The position numbers and the translations under genes were made by a program. From NCBI GenBank assembly GCA_050250255.1, contig JBFWOZ010000054.1:1-17733 (forward strand): a stretch of 17,733 bases of DNA. Direction: 5' to 3'. Of the stretch, positions 1-7,655 are shown piece after piece. This stretch comes from Bdellovibrionales bacterium (GTDB taxonomy: Bacteria > Bdellovibrionota > Bdellovibrionia > Bdellovibrionales > DASUEL01). Positions within the stretch are counted from its first letter, which is position 1, and every line of letters begins with the position of its first letter. A model generated the notes under the pieces. The model saw only the letters and a list, made by a program, of their open reading frames with translations. It had not been told where the DNA came from and did no database searches.

Positions 1-43
1 CTTGGTCTAAGCTGTTGATGTTGTGAAAAAGAAATTCGGCTTT

Positions 44-129
44 TAAAAGGTGCCAGTGTCTTTTTTCTGGCTACACTGCTTCACGGAGTGGCCGCAGTGT
101 AGCCAGAAAAAAGACACTGGCACCTTTTA
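44..129. repeat. Perfect 36-bp inverted repeat with a 14-nt spacer (REP/REPIN- or MITE-like palindrome; may also act as a terminator)
   Basis: Left arm 44-79 (taaaaggtgccagtgtcttttttctggctacactgc) is the exact reverse complement of right arm 94-129 (gcagtgtagccagaaaaaagacactggcacctttta). The spacer is 80-93. The right end contains the stop codon of the minus-strand CDS (127-129). Confidence 0.9.
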
Positions 130-576
130 CTTAGTGAAGCGTTGGGTGGTTTCGTCTAGGAACAGACTGTAGGCCTCAGTAGAGTGAAAATTCTCTTTCG
201 CGGAGTTATTGAGGCGCTCATTTGCTTCTTTCAAGCGACGAATAAGACTTTGAAAAACGGCAATGGCCCACTCTGGGAGATCCGCAAGAAGCTTTTTATA
301 GCCATCCTCCGAGACTTCAACAGCAAAACCATCGCTCAAAGCGCGCGCGGATGCTGAGCGTAGGCTTTCTGTAATCAACGCAAATTCACCGAGGGGTTGC
401 CCTGATTCAATAACAGAAAGAGACTTTTCTTTCCCGTTTTCATCTGTGTGATAAACTTCGACTTTTCCTTCCTGCAAAATATAAAAGAAGAAGCCGTGAT
501 CTCCTTCCTTAAAAAGAACATCACCTTTTTTAAAGTCTACGCGTCGTAATGTTTGCCACACCGAGTTTGAATCCAT
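127..576 (-). CDS. Stand-alone cyclic nucleotide-binding (cNMP/CAP_ED) domain protein, about 149 aa
   Basis: FKKGDVLFKEGDHG..FYILQEGKVEV and the phosphate-binding cassette GEFALI...RSASARA, followed by a C-helix (LIRRLKEAN). No C-terminal HTH is visible. Start moved to ATG 576 (MDSNSVW) because the longer ORF overlaps the divergent gene at 649. Confidence 0.88.
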   Translation of the reverse strand: MDSNSVWQTLRRVDFKKGDVLFKEGDHGFFFYILQEGKVEVYHTDENGKEKSLSVIESGQPLGEFALITESLRSASARALSDGFAVEVSEDGYKKLLADLPEWAIAVFQSLIRRLKEANERLNNSAKENFHSTEAYSLFLDETTQRFTK

Positions 577-648
577 ATTAAAACTGTAAGCGCTTTCTCG
601 GGGATCCGCTACTAGACAAAGGGCAGGAACCATGGTGCGATAGAGTCT

Positions 649-1599
649 ATGAAATTGCGAAACATAATCCTTTTTGTTCTTTTGCAAACTCAGGCGGCGA
701 TCGCCAGTGCAGATATCCTCGCGATGATGAAAGTAGACGGACAAACGAATCAGATGATGACCCCTCAGCAACCAAGTCGTTGGGAGTTTAAATACACAGA
801 TACTCTTACGAATGGCCCGGTACATCACTTTATGAAAATGCATGAAAAGCTAAATCATATGATTGTTGTAAGTCGCGATCTGAAAGATTTGTCACATATA
901 CATCCTGATTATAATGAAAGAACTCATCTTTTTTCAGTGACGGTAAACCAATCTACATCAGATTCAGACAATCAAGATCTTTTGCAATGTGTGAAACGCT
1001 CTGGAGATCATTTTGTCTTCGCGACAACAATGCCGATGCCTGATGAAGTTATGATGACTCATCGATTTACAGTTAAGGCGACGGGTCCGGCTCCAGTTGT
1101 TGAAAAACTCATACCGGATTTAAACAGCCACACAGACACGGTCACAAAATATTTTACTGATAGAGGTGAAGTGGCAGAGTGGGGTGCACTCCTAAAAGTA
1201 GATTTAAAAATCGTACTTTTTAAAGGTTGCATCAACTGGGTGCCTCGGTTTCATGCACAGTTCTCTGTTTATGATCCAACAACTCAAAATTATAAACCCG
1301 CAACAGATTTTGTGAATTGGCTGGGGATGGGTGCACATGCGGTTTTGGTTAGTGAATCAGGTGTCACGGTAGAAGAAAAAATCTTTTACCATTTACATTC
1401 CTTTATGCCGATTTTAACTCCTGGGGAATTTAAGTTTCCTTTCGATGATCCACGGCGTGGCTTGCCAAACGGTATTTATAAAATTTGGTTTCAGGCAAAA
1501 CATCGTGGAGTGATTTTAAAAATTCCGTTTGTAATAAATTTTGATCCTCCACCTTATCAAAGACCATTGATGGGTGAAGTATCATTATGCGCTATCTAA
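649..1599 (+). CDS. Secreted His/Met-rich protein, putative heavy-metal (Cu)-binding
   Basis: Sec signal peptide (MKLRNIILFVLLQTQAAIASA). Motifs MHEKLNHMIVVSRDLKDLSHIHP, WLGMGAHAVLVS..FYHLH and GIYKIWFQ resemble a two-domain family of secreted proteins often annotated as heavy-metal-binding. Met-rich patches are present (AMMK, QMMT, MPMPDEVMMTH). Confidence 0.65.
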   Translation: MKLRNIILFVLLQTQAAIASADILAMMKVDGQTNQMMTPQQPSRWEFKYTDTLTNGPVHHFMKMHEKLNHMIVVSRDLKDLSHIHPDYNERTHLFSVTVNQSTSDSDNQDLLQCVKRSGDHFVFATTMPMPDEVMMTHRFTVKATGPAPVVEKLIPDLNSHTDTVTKYFTDRGEVAEWGALLKVDLKIVLFKGCINWVPRFHAQFSVYDPTTQNYKPATDFVNWLGMGAHAVLVSESGVTVEEKIFYHLHSFMPILTPGEFKFPFDDPRRGLPNGIYKIWFQAKHRGVILKIPFVINFDPPPYQRPLMGEVSLCAI

Positions 1600-1622
1600 A
1601 AAAATATCTAAGAAGGATACTT

Positions 1623-3632
1623 ATGAAGCAGCTATTAATTGCTCTTGTTCTCGCTCTATTGTTTCAACTCTCGTGTGCAAAACAGGTCAAGCCTACGGTT
1701 TCTGCGAAAGCCTTGGTGCCGGCTCCTTCTTCTGAAATTCCACCTAAGAGAGAATTTCCGGTGAATCCTGCTGTAAACCCATGTGATAACTTTTATGAAT
1801 ACACATGCTCTCTTGTAAACCAGAGCTTTAAACTAAGGGATGATCGCTCCAGACATACGTTTTCATTTAGTGATTCTAGCGAGAGAATTTTGGAAGCGAG
1901 GAAGGAATTTCTTGCGGGACTTTCGAACAATAAAAAATTAACCCCACGAGGGAGAACGTTAAGAACTGTTTTTAATGCTTGTATGAATGTAGATGCTTCT
2001 AGATCTGAAGAAATCAAGCTTGTGAAGGGTGTTGAAACAAATATTCAGAAGCTTGATACTCATAAAGAGTTTCAAAAGTTTCTCGCCAAAAATATTTTGA
2101 GTGAAGACTTGAGTGTGATTGGTTTCGACAACATTGCGAGTCATGATAATCCAGACAAGTTTGATCTACTTTTAATGACTGACTTACAAAGTCTTCCAGA
2201 GCGCTCTTATTACGACAAAAAAGAGGTTTACTCTGATTTTGAAGGTGTCGTAGCGGAATTTTTTAAGACTCTCGACTACACTAATGCCGAACAAAGAGCG
2301 AAGGCTGTTGTCCAATTCGAAAAGGATTTTGCTCAGACATATCCCTTGCCCGTAGAGATTCGACAACTTTTTGCGACAAAAACAGGAATTACAAGAGAAG
2401 AACTGGAGAAGCAGTACCCAAACCTCCATCTCTCCGAACTTCTTCAAAAGATTCCTAAAAAAACGCATATTCGTAATATTATGCCCAAGGCTTTTGAGTT
2501 CGTGAATAAAGCGCTTGAGCAAACGCCTCTGAATGTTCTCAAGGATGTTTATTTGTTTCATGCATCGGTTGGATATATGGACGACGCCTATCCCGTTTTT
2601 TACCAAAAATATTTTGATTTTAGAAAAAAACACTTGGGTGGACCCGAAAAACGTTCGGAACGTAATGAGCGCTGTACGGATTTGGTGGAAACAAAATTTG
2701 ATAAAGAATTGGATGCAGAAATGCTCCCACTGTTGTTTCCTAACTTTCCGTCGCAAAAAGTATTTGCCCTATCCGAGCGTGTACGCTCGGCCCTCTTGGC
2801 GGGTATTGAAAAAAATCAGTGGTTGAGTCCTGAAAGCAAAAAAACGGCTCTCCGAAAAATGAAGACAGCGCGTTTACAGTTGGTAAAACCGCGTAATGAA
2901 AAAGAGTGGAACTTTAATCCACCAGCTAAATACACAGAAACCACTCCTTACCAGAACATTCGCAACCTTCATTACAGCCTGATGAAAAAAACTTTGCGTG
3001 AATTTTCAGAAACCCGAGATCGCAATTTATGGTACATGGGACCGCTCGTTGTGAACGCTTACTATAACCCAGCGGATAACAAATTTGTTATGCCTATAGG
3101 AATCTTACAATACCCTTTCTACGATCCGTCCTTGCCTGTCGAAGTGAACTTGGCGGCAGTAGGTATGGTCGTTGGGCATGAGCTTGGTCATGGAATTGAT
3201 GATAATGGTGCGAAGTATAATGAAAAAGGTCAGCTCATCCCATGGATGTCCAAGGAGGACCTCAATACATTTAAGACTCGTGGAGCAAAGTTAATCTCGC
3301 AGTTTGATAAAATTGGTCACAACGGAACGCTGACCTTAGGGGAAAACATTGGTGATCTCGTAGGTCTTACATCTGCTTATGAAGCCGCTTTTCCTAAAGC
3401 GCGAGGCGATGTAAAATTAAAGCAGGCGTTTTTCACACAATACGGAAGGCTGTGGTGTACGGTGGCTCGTCCTAAATGGGAAGAGAAAGCATTGAAAACG
3501 GATTCCCATGCCATGGGGTATGCGCGTGTTAATGAGCAAATAAAGCACCAGCCGGGATTTGCCGAAGCTTTTTCTTGCCCCGCTGGCTCACCAATGACTT
3601 TACCAGAAGGCGAAAGAGTTAGAATTTGGTAG
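1623..3632 (+). CDS. M13 family (neprilysin/ECE/PepO-like) zinc metallopeptidase, probable lipoprotein
   Basis: VNPCDNFYEYTC at the N-terminus, VNAYY, the HExxH motif GHELGHGID, GENIGD and DSH. Lipobox-like FQLSC. Start placed at ATG 1623, downstream of an AGAAGGA RBS (1611-1617). Confidence 0.95.
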   Translation: MKQLLIALVLALLFQLSCAKQVKPTVSAKALVPAPSSEIPPKREFPVNPAVNPCDNFYEYTCSLVNQSFKLRDDRSRHTFSFSDSSERILEARKEFLAGLSNNKKLTPRGRTLRTVFNACMNVDASRSEEIKLVKGVETNIQKLDTHKEFQKFLAKNILSEDLSVIGFDNIASHDNPDKFDLLLMTDLQSLPERSYYDKKEVYSDFEGVVAEFFKTLDYTNAEQRAKAVVQFEKDFAQTYPLPVEIRQLFATKTGITREELEKQYPNLHLSELLQKIPKKTHIRNIMPKAFEFVNKALEQTPLNVLKDVYLFHASVGYMDDAYPVFYQKYFDFRKKHLGGPEKRSERNERCTDLVETKFDKELDAEMLPLLFPNFPSQKVFALSERVRSALLAGIEKNQWLSPESKKTALRKMKTARLQLVKPRNEKEWNFNPPAKYTETTPYQNIRNLHYSLMKKTLREFSETRDRNLWYMGPLVVNAYYNPADNKFVMPIGILQYPFYDPSLPVEVNLAAVGMVVGHELGHGIDDNGAKYNEKGQLIPWMSKEDLNTFKTRGAKLISQFDKIGHNGTLTLGENIGDLVGLTSAYEAAFPKARGDVKLKQAFFTQYGRLWCTVARPKWEEKALKTDSHAMGYARVNEQIKHQPGFAEAFSCPAGSPMTLPEGERVRIW

Positions 3633-4440
3633 GCAAAGTAACGCCAGATTTGAAGACGTCTTTGAGAAGTCGTATTTTCGTAAAGACCTCAAGGGCGGTG
3701 GCGCCAGATGAGAGTCCTAAACCTTTTTTGAAATCATCCTCGTAGAATTTTAAAAAGGGATTAGTGGAAAGCTCTACTTTAAGTGAGGTCGGTACGGATG
3801 GCTGACCTTTCTCCCTGAGCTCCTTTATCTTATGAAAATGTTTTTGAAGTAAAATATTTTTCGGTTCAAGCTGCAGAGCAAATTCTACATTTTGCAGGGC
3901 ATATTCGTGACCACAAAAGATCTTCGTGTCCTGAGGAAGTGATTTTAATTTATTCAAACTGTGATTCATAGTTTCGTGAGTACCCTCAAAAACTCTTCCA
4001 CAACCGTAGCAAAACAGAACATCCCCGCTAAAGAGAAGATGTTGATTTTTCTCAAAAAGAGCAATGTGGCCAATGGTGTGGCCAGGAACTTCCAACACAT
4101 CAAAATGAAAACGATTAAAAACAAACGGCGCCTTTTCGCTAAGCGTTTTGTCGAGAGCTGGAATTTTTTGTGCTTCCTGTTCAGGTCCTAAAACTATGCA
4201 TTTAAAATGTTTTTTTAGTGCCTCATTCCCTCCAGTGTGATCCCAATGATGATGGGTGTTCACAATGTGGGTGAGGTTACGATTCAACGTTTTGAGTGCC
4301 TCAAAGACGGGTTTCGCTTCTGATGGGTCAATGGCCAGAGTTTGAGAAGAATTCTTTTCAAACAGCAGGTAACAATAGTTATCCTTTAGGGCGGGTACTG
4401 CGTAGAGCTCAAAATCTTGGGCTAAAGGAAAGCGAAACAT
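3619..4440 (-). CDS. gloB: Hydroxyacylglutathione hydrolase (glyoxalase II)
   Basis: DNYCYL, metallo-beta-lactamase motif THHHWDHTGG, PGHTIGH, FSGDVLF..GCGR.FEG, CGHEY, ELSTNPFL. The start abuts the SDR stop codon (TAAATG). Its 3' end overlaps the convergent M13 gene by 14 bp. Confidence 0.95.
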   Translation of the reverse strand: MFRFPLAQDFELYAVPALKDNYCYLLFEKNSSQTLAIDPSEAKPVFEALKTLNRNLTHIVNTHHHWDHTGGNEALKKHFKCIVLGPEQEAQKIPALDKTLSEKAPFVFNRFHFDVLEVPGHTIGHIALFEKNQHLLFSGDVLFCYGCGRVFEGTHETMNHSLNKLKSLPQDTKIFCGHEYALQNVEFALQLEPKNILLQKHFHKIKELREKGQPSVPTSLKVELSTNPFLKFYEDDFKKGLGLSSGATALEVFTKIRLLKDVFKSGVTLPTKF

Positions 4441-5202
4441 TTAAACTTGTGAGCCTAAAATTTTCAGCAAGCTCTTGCGTGGTAAAGTTTTAAAAATTTG
4501 CGCCATAAATTGATTCTTATAACCAGAAACAATCGTGGGATCACGGCGGCGTCGAAGAGCTTGTAGTGTGGCTTCTGCAACTTCTTCTGGGGTTTGCATA
4601 AGTGCGGCCGGTGGAGTTCTTTGAGAGTCACCTGCCCGACGATGAAATTCTGTGGCCGTAATACCCGGGCAAAGGTTCATGACGTAGACTCCACGTTTTT
4701 TTTGGTTGTGCCAGAGGGTTTCGGAAAAGGAAGTTACAAAAGCTTTTGTTGCAGAGTAAAGACCGTTAGCGGGTAATGGCGCAAAGGCGAGAACGGAGGA
4801 GACGTTGACTAAGGCATCCCCACGTTGAGCTTGGACTAAAAAGGCATGTGAAAGCGCGACCAATGCTTCAATATTGAGATGAAGCATCTCAATATTCTTC
4901 TCTAAGGAGAGTTGTTCAAACTCACCAATAAGACCAAAGCCGGCATTGTTAACTAACAAATGATAGTGTTTCTGGGTCAACGTTCGGCAAATTTTTTGAA
5001 CTCCCTCTGTCGTGGAAAGATCGGCGATAGCGAGTTCATGTGTGCCTGGCAATTCCACTAACAATTCTTCTAAGCGTTTTTTATTTCGCGCCACCAGAGT
5101 GATTTGATAACCTTCATGGGCTAATTTCTTTGCTAGCGCGCGACCAATGCCTTCGCTTGCACCGGTCACGAGAGCTGTTTTATGATGTGTATTCGTTTCC
5201 AT
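4441..5202 (-). CDS. Short-chain dehydrogenase/reductase (SDR), about 253 aa
   Basis: TGASEGIG, NNAG and catalytic S...YSATK motifs. Start placed at ATG 5202 (METNTHH), downstream of an AAGGAG RBS. Confidence 0.93.
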   Translation of the reverse strand: METNTHHKTALVTGASEGIGRALAKKLAHEGYQITLVARNKKRLEELLVELPGTHELAIADLSTTEGVQKICRTLTQKHYHLLVNNAGFGLIGEFEQLSLEKNIEMLHLNIEALVALSHAFLVQAQRGDALVNVSSVLAFAPLPANGLYSATKAFVTSFSETLWHNQKKRGVYVMNLCPGITATEFHRRAGDSQRTPPAALMQTPEEVAEATLQALRRRRDPTIVSGYKNQFMAQIFKTLPRKSLLKILGSQV

Positions 5203-5239
5203 TAATTTCTCCTTGAGGCGATTCATAACTTCACGGAAG

Positions 5240-5830
5240 ATGAAGAGAATGTTCAAAACTTTTAGCCGCATCTCTAAAAAGTACTCAACCCCCGAGAAGG
5301 TTCAGCGTCTTCTCTTAAGTTATAAGTATAATCAGCAAAAGCCAGAGACAATGCAATCTGCATTAAAGGTTTGGCAGACGAAGGCGGCACATTGTTTAGA
5401 AGCAACCCATTTTGCGGCCGCTGTTCTAGAGCATCAAGGTTATCTTCCATTAGCGTTGAGCATGGAGAGTGAAGACAATATTGGTCATGTGGTTTTTCTT
5501 TTTCAACAGAAAGGTTTTTGGGGAACTGTTGGGAAATCTAAAGAAATAGGTTTGCAGGGGCGGCGACCTGTCTTTAAAACGATTCACCGGCTCGTCATGA
5601 GTTACTTTGATGAATACGTCGATGACACGGGTCGAATGCGCGCTTATCAGGTTTTAAACTTAGACCATAGCCAGTCTCAGTGGCGCGAATCTCTTAGAAA
5701 TGTATGGAAGAGTGAGAAGTATATCTTAAATCTTAAACACAAAGCTCTCCCACCTTTAGAAAAAAGGTATCAAAGAGCCTATCAAGTTTATTACGAAACT
5801 GGACACCAGCCGAAGACGGGCTGGTGGTAA
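5240..5830 (+). CDS. Conserved hypothetical protein with a Cys/His pair (possible transglutaminase/papain-like fold)
   Basis: Motifs TPEKVQ, AAHCLEA..FAAA.L, GHVVFLF, WGTVGKS and R.PVFKTI..LVMSYF resemble a widespread uncharacterised family. Start is ATG 5240 or 5249; the TTG at 5213 overlaps the SDR RBS. Confidence 0.7.
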   Translation: MKRMFKTFSRISKKYSTPEKVQRLLLSYKYNQQKPETMQSALKVWQTKAAHCLEATHFAAAVLEHQGYLPLALSMESEDNIGHVVFLFQQKGFWGTVGKSKEIGLQGRRPVFKTIHRLVMSYFDEYVDDTGRMRAYQVLNLDHSQSQWRESLRNVWKSEKYILNLKHKALPPLEKRYQRAYQVYYETGHQPKTGWW

Positions 5831-5832
5831 TA

Positions 5833-6156
5833 CTAAGCCAGATGTCGAGAAACTAAAGAGGAAATTTGGTCTTTGGGTAAGTTTCCAACGAGTTGATCCA
5901 CCATCTGACCGTCTTTGAAAAGAATCATGGTAGGAATTCCGCGCACACCAAATTCACTTGGTGATTGAGGATTCTCGTCGATATTGAGTTTAACAACTTT
6001 TAATTTATCGCCCATTTCTTTTGCGACTTCTTCCAACTTAGGAGCAAGCGCGCGGCAAGGACCACACCACTCTGCCCAAAAATCTACCAAAACAAGTTTA
6101 TGAGACTTAACAACTTCAAGAAAAGCGCCATCCGTCGTGCTTTCGATATTTGCCAT
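5833..6156 (-). CDS. trxA: Thioredoxin, 107 aa
   Basis: VDFWAEWCGPC active site and GVRGIPT cis-Pro loop. Start at ATG 6156, downstream of a GGGAGG RBS (6161-6166). Confidence 0.97.
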   Translation of the reverse strand: MANIESTTDGAFLEVVKSHKLVLVDFWAEWCGPCRALAPKLEEVAKEMGDKLKVVKLNIDENPQSPSEFGVRGIPTMILFKDGQMVDQLVGNLPKDQISSLVSRHLA

Positions 6157-6310
6157 CTGTCCTCCCAAGTATCAAATATATGTATGAATTTGCATATAGC
6201 AATAGGCTATAGGTGAGTTTTCACACATGAGGGTTAGAGAATACAACTTTTTTATAATGACTTATAATGTTGAAAATACTGAGAAAACGCTAAATCAAGG
6301 CTTTCGCCCT

Positions 6311-6568
6311 TTAAGCTCTTTTTCGCTTCTTTATAAGAGTACTTTTGAGCAGTGCTTCTTGCTCTCTCATGAGAATATCTATGAGCTCTTTTGGGTTGAG
6401 TTTATAAAGATCCACAAGTTTAGCAAGGCAGCTTAGAGGTGGAGCGCTGACACCTCTCTCCCAATTGGATACAAACTGAGGAGAAGTATATCCTAACGAG
6501 TCAGAAACTTCCTTCTGAGTATGTCCTAATTCTTCTCTTTTTTTTCTTAAAAATTCTGCGAGTGCGAT
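6311..6568 (-). CDS. XRE/HTH_3-family helix-turn-helix transcriptional regulator, 85 aa, apparent ATC start codon (not in the ORF track)
   Basis: Manual translation: IALAEFLRKKREELGHTQKEVSDSLGYTSPQFVSNWERGVSAPPLSCLAKLVDLYKLNPKELIDILMREQEALLKSTLIKKRKRA*. This fits the XRE pattern (R...G.TQ.EV...LG....VS.WERG...P). An AAAAGGAG RBS lies 5 nt before the ATC, and an in-frame TGA lies 5 codons upstream. Confidence 0.88.
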   Translation of the reverse strand: MALAEFLRKKREELGHTQKEVSDSLGYTSPQFVSNWERGVSAPPLSCLAKLVDLYKLNPKELIDILMREQEALLKSTLIKKRKRA

Positions 6569-6606
6569 AACAACTCCTTTTCAACTGTGAGCAAATGAAT
6601 TCACCC

Positions 6607-6636
6607 ATAATGTATGAACTCCTGCGAAGAAGTCAA
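6607..6636 (-). promoter_or_regulatory. Putative sigma70 promoter of the XRE gene
   Basis: On the minus strand, TTGACT (6636-6631) is followed by TACATT at 16-nt spacing or CATTAT at 18-nt spacing, about 40 nt upstream of the XRE start. Confidence 0.45.
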
Positions 6637-6650
6637 CCCTTGGGCAAGAC

Positions 6651-6674
6651 AATGCCCCTAGGAAAAGAGGCATC
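6651..6674 (-). terminator. Possible weak intrinsic terminator after the CHAD-like gene
   Basis: Minus-strand hairpin ATGCCTCT-tttcct-AGGGGCAT (8 bp including one G.U) followed by an imperfect U tract (TGTCTT), about 35 nt after the stop at 6709. Confidence 0.3.
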
Positions 6675-6708
6675 GAACAGCTAAACATTTTTAGTTTCAG
6701 GAATAAAG

Positions 6709-7635
6709 TTAAATGGGCCTTAAAACAGCCTGGCAAGACATCTTTTGCGGCTTCTTTAGTGCAGAATTAATAGCTGAAAGTTCTTTGGAGGAAAGGATCT
6801 CATGTGTTTTTGGCTTTTCGCCCATCCAAAATTCATAAAGTTGAACGGCAAGATCTTTTACGCGGGGCTCAACTTGAATGCGTGTGGCTTCAATGGCCTC
6901 TTTCTCAGAGCGGCTGGTACTTTGAAGAATTTCAATTTCTAGAGCGTCATGAGCGCTGCCAAGAAGCGTATCCACAGCTTTCATTTCCGTAAAGAGTTCT
7001 AAGAGCGATTCAGAAGGGTTCGTTTTCTTTAAAAGTCGTGTGAGGTTCATAAAGTCGCGCAAATTTTTACGAAGTGTGTGGTGGTCATCAAAACTCAACA
7101 CATCTTGCTCCGCCAACTCCATAATATCTTTTAGATGCTGCTTAGCGAACAAAACAAAGGACGTACGATCTGTGGGAATAAAAACCATGGTCTCGATAGG
7201 TTGAGTGGCTTCGATTACGCCGAGAACTTTTTTTGTTTTTTTGCGAATCTTTTCACCTGCTTGAATTGCGTCCTTTAATTTCCCCAATTTTTTAACAAAT
7301 TCGTTAAAATCCTCAGGAGGCATGTGGCGACGGTCTAAAAAGAAATAGAGGCTACGTAAACGTTGAACGAGAACGCGTGAGCGGCGAATCTCTTCGATTC
7401 TCTCTTCAGTTAAATGTTTTGAGCCGTCCTCAGAAATCGCCTCAAGCCAAGAAATGAGTTTTTCATCGGTATAGATTTCCATCCATTCTGCTTTGGCACT
7501 TTCGAAAAGACTTTTTGCAAGTCGACCACTCATTGGAAATGTATCGAGGTACCCCGACGATTTTGGTCGTGCGTAGGCTGGTAAGGGTTGTCCAAGTACA
7601 CCAATTGAGAGAAAAACCGGTAACAACGCTTTCAT
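6709..7635 (-). CDS. Secreted CHAD-like domain protein
   Basis: Signal peptide ending in AYA and an AGGGA RBS. Two internally related helical motifs typical of CHAD: EIRRSRVLVQRLRSL...LGKLKD and DHHTLRKNLRDF...LGSAHD. Confidence 0.65.
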   Translation of the reverse strand: MKALLPVFLSIGVLGQPLPAYARPKSSGYLDTFPMSGRLAKSLFESAKAEWMEIYTDEKLISWLEAISEDGSKHLTEERIEEIRRSRVLVQRLRSLYFFLDRRHMPPEDFNEFVKKLGKLKDAIQAGEKIRKKTKKVLGVIEATQPIETMVFIPTDRTSFVLFAKQHLKDIMELAEQDVLSFDDHHTLRKNLRDFMNLTRLLKKTNPSESLLELFTEMKAVDTLLGSAHDALEIEILQSTSRSEKEAIEATRIQVEPRVKDLAVQLYEFWMGEKPKTHEILSSKELSAINSALKKPQKMSCQAVLRPI

Positions 7636-7655
7636 TCAGAGTGTCCCTTTCTACT

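Noticed and set aside
1..46. Possible 3' end of an upstream plus-strand gene (AVDVVKKKFGF*, 11-46, ending at the TAA that begins the inverted repeat)
   Set aside because: An in-frame TAA at 8-10 precedes it, so it would need a 1-nt indel to join the WSK frame. All three frames stop within 26 nt, and there is too little sequence to decide.
577..843. N-terminal extension of the 238-aa ORF 127..843
   Set aside because: It overlaps the divergent signal-peptide gene at 649 and has no domain features. The cNMP domain begins right after Met at 576.
3619..3632. 14-bp convergent overlap between the M13 peptidase gene and gloB
   Set aside because: Short tail-to-tail overlaps are common in compact genomes, and nothing here indicates a special function.
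6227..6436. 69-aa plus-strand ORF from the track
   Set aside because: It lies antisense to the 3' half of the clearly recognisable XRE gene and has no recognisable motif.
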